From the NCBI GenBank assembly GCA_002712325.1, contig PATH01000001.1, forward strand, positions 13,191 to 73,706: 60,516 nucleotides of DNA. The letters run 5' to 3'. This stretch comes from Acidimicrobiaceae bacterium. GTDB taxonomy: Bacteria; Actinomycetota; Acidimicrobiia; Acidimicrobiales; UBA8592. Positions 59,114 through 60,516 of the stretch are shown here, piece by piece. The translations under genes were made by a program, and so were the position numbers. The notes beneath the pieces were generated by a model that did no database searches, was not told the origin of the DNA, and saw only the letters and a program-made list of their open reading frames with translations. How positions within the stretch are numbered: the stretch's first letter is position 1; each line of letters starts with the position of its first letter.

Positions 59114-59146
59114 TGATAGGGTTTGTTTTAGTAAATCCGGTGGATT

Positions 59147-59899
59147 CTACAATCCAGCTAATTCCTGTAACACTGAATCTGGTATGTCAAAATTTGCATG
59201 CACAGAATCCACATCATCCAGTTCATCAAGAAGGTCAATCAGTGCTAAGACTTGTTTAGCGGACGAGGAGTCTTCTAGGGGAACGACCTGAGTGGGTATA
59301 AAAGTCAAGTCTGCTGATACAGATGGCACTTCTGATGCGTCAAGGGCATCTCTTAGACTATTGAGATCAGCAGTGTCGCATGTGAGTCGCCATGTATCTC
59401 CTTCGTCAACGAGATCTTCCGCTCCATTTTCAAGGGCGACCAGCATTATTGAGTCCTCATCTATTTCCTTATCGAGAACAATCACTCCTTTCCTTTCGAA
59501 TTGCCATGCGACAGATCCGGGTTCCGCTAAAGATCCGCCATTCTTTGATAGTGTTGACCTTACCTCTGAGCCAGTTCTGTTTCGGTTATCGGTGAGTGTC
59601 TCTATGTATAATGCGACACCGTTAGGTGCATAACCTTCATAGGTAACGTCTTCGTAGTTAACTCCCTCCAACTCACCTGTTCCACGCTTTATAGCTCTTT
59701 CTATAGTGTCGAGGGGAACTGAATTGTCGCGAGCCTTTTGATACATCGTCCGCAAAGTAGGGTTGGCATCAAGGTCACCTCCACCCTGCCTCGCTGCTAC
59801 TTCAACTTGTTTTATTAGCTTGGCGAATAACTTTCCACGTTTCTTATCCGCAGCACCTTTTTTATGCTTGATAGTTGCCCATTTAGAGTGACCTGACAT
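59147..59899 (-). CDS. yebC: YebC/PmpR-family protein
   Basis: MSGHSKWATIKHKK, YEGYAPNGVA, TDNRNRT. Confidence 0.97.
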   Translation of the reverse strand: MSGHSKWATIKHKKGAADKKRGKLFAKLIKQVEVAARQGGGDLDANPTLRTMYQKARDNSVPLDTIERAIKRGTGELEGVNYEDVTYEGYAPNGVALYIETLTDNRNRTGSEVRSTLSKNGGSLAEPGSVAWQFERKGVIVLDKEIDEDSIMLVALENGAEDLVDEGDTWRLTCDTADLNSLRDALDASEVPSVSADLTFIPTQVVPLEDSSSAKQVLALIDLLDELDDVDSVHANFDIPDSVLQELAGL

Positions 59900-59917
59900 A
59901 TTGCCCCTACCTGTTTT

Positions 59918-60502
59918 TTATTCCCCTATGGAAAGAAATATCTCATGAATTCGAGTATCACTCGAAAGTTCTGGATGAAATGATGCTACTAGTGTTGAAG
60001 CATTTCCACAAAGAACAATTTGATCATCAACCTTTGCATACACCTCAACGTCATCGCCCACAGCTTCAACTATCGGGGCTCTTATGAAAACCGCCGGGAA
60101 CGGTTCAGTCAACCCCTTCACATTTATCTCAGACTCGAAGGAGTCGATTTGGCGTCCAAAGGCATTTCTTCTAACGACGATATCAATTGCATTCAAAGGT
60201 GATTGGTCCTCTCGCCCATCAAGAATAACCTTTGATAGAACTATCATCCCTGCACATGTTCCAAATACTGGCATGCCATGGGATAACCTCTCGCTAAGAG
60301 GTTGACGAAGAGAACTTGATTCCAGCAGCATCTGAATTGCTGTTGATTCCCCACCGGGAATCACAATTTTATGCACTCGTTCCAAGTCTTGGGTCGATCT
60401 AACTGGAATGGCTTCTATACCCATCGTTTCAAAGGTTTTTATGTGGCTCTCGAAAGCTCCTTGTAGTGCAAGTACGCCTACCTGCAAATGGTTAGTTGCC
60501 AC
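59918..60502 (-). CDS. pdxT: Pyridoxal 5'-phosphate synthase glutaminase subunit
   Basis: GVLALQGAF, IPGGEST, GTCAGM, RNAFGRQIDSFE, FIRAP, FHPEL. Confidence 0.97.
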   Translation of the reverse strand: MATNHLQVGVLALQGAFESHIKTFETMGIEAIPVRSTQDLERVHKIVIPGGESTAIQMLLESSSLRQPLSERLSHGMPVFGTCAGMIVLSKVILDGREDQSPLNAIDIVVRRNAFGRQIDSFESEINVKGLTEPFPAVFIRAPIVEAVGDDVEVYAKVDDQIVLCGNASTLVASFHPELSSDTRIHEIFLSIGE

Positions 60503-60516
60503 GCTCTTCGTATTTG
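60492..60516 (-). CDS. pdxS: Probable 3' end of PLP synthase lyase subunit PdxS (partial)
   Basis: Minus-strand frame reads ...KYEERGN*, like the ERG(W) C-terminus of PdxS, and overlaps the pdxT start. Only 8 codons are visible. Confidence 0.55.

Noticed and set aside
1-60516. Mobile elements, prophage, defence systems, tRNA/rRNA, CRISPR
   Set aside because: Nearly all sequence is accounted for by housekeeping CDSs. The few intergenic gaps over 100 bp show no cloverleaf, repeat-spacer array, terminal inverted repeats or recombinase genes.

Overview
A gene-dense, almost entirely minus-strand stretch of core bacterial chromosome. Gene order and protein sequences are actinobacterial: arg operon after pheST, mIHF-gmk-rpoZ-coaBC-metK-priA, pyrR-led pyr operon, efp-nusB, alaS-ruvX-mltG-aroE, and pdxT-yebC-ruvCAB-queA-tgt-yajC-secDF-apt-rel-hisS-aspS. 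The low GC (low-40s % by eye) and tiny intergenic spaces suggest a streamlined Acidimicrobiia-type genome, which is inference only. I see no rRNA, tRNA, CRISPR array, transposase, integrase or prophage, and no evidence of a large new multi-gene system. The points worth a second look are finer-scale: (i) a dihydroorotase homolog missing every catalytic residue (PyrC'); (ii) infC with an AUA start, an overlapping 6-codon uORF and a structured attenuator-like leader; (iii) proteobacterial-looking argJ and argG inside an actinobacterial arg operon; (iv) a TGT lacking its Zn-binding cysteines; (v) a minimal stand-alone SepF core and a four-repeat DivIVA-motif protein; (vi) at least 14 leaderless promoters (TANNNT-N6/7-start); (vii) clear ArgR, PyrR and LexA operators; (viii) a small hydrolase plus cytochrome P450 insertion. 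Family assignments come from recognising motifs by eye, not from database searches.
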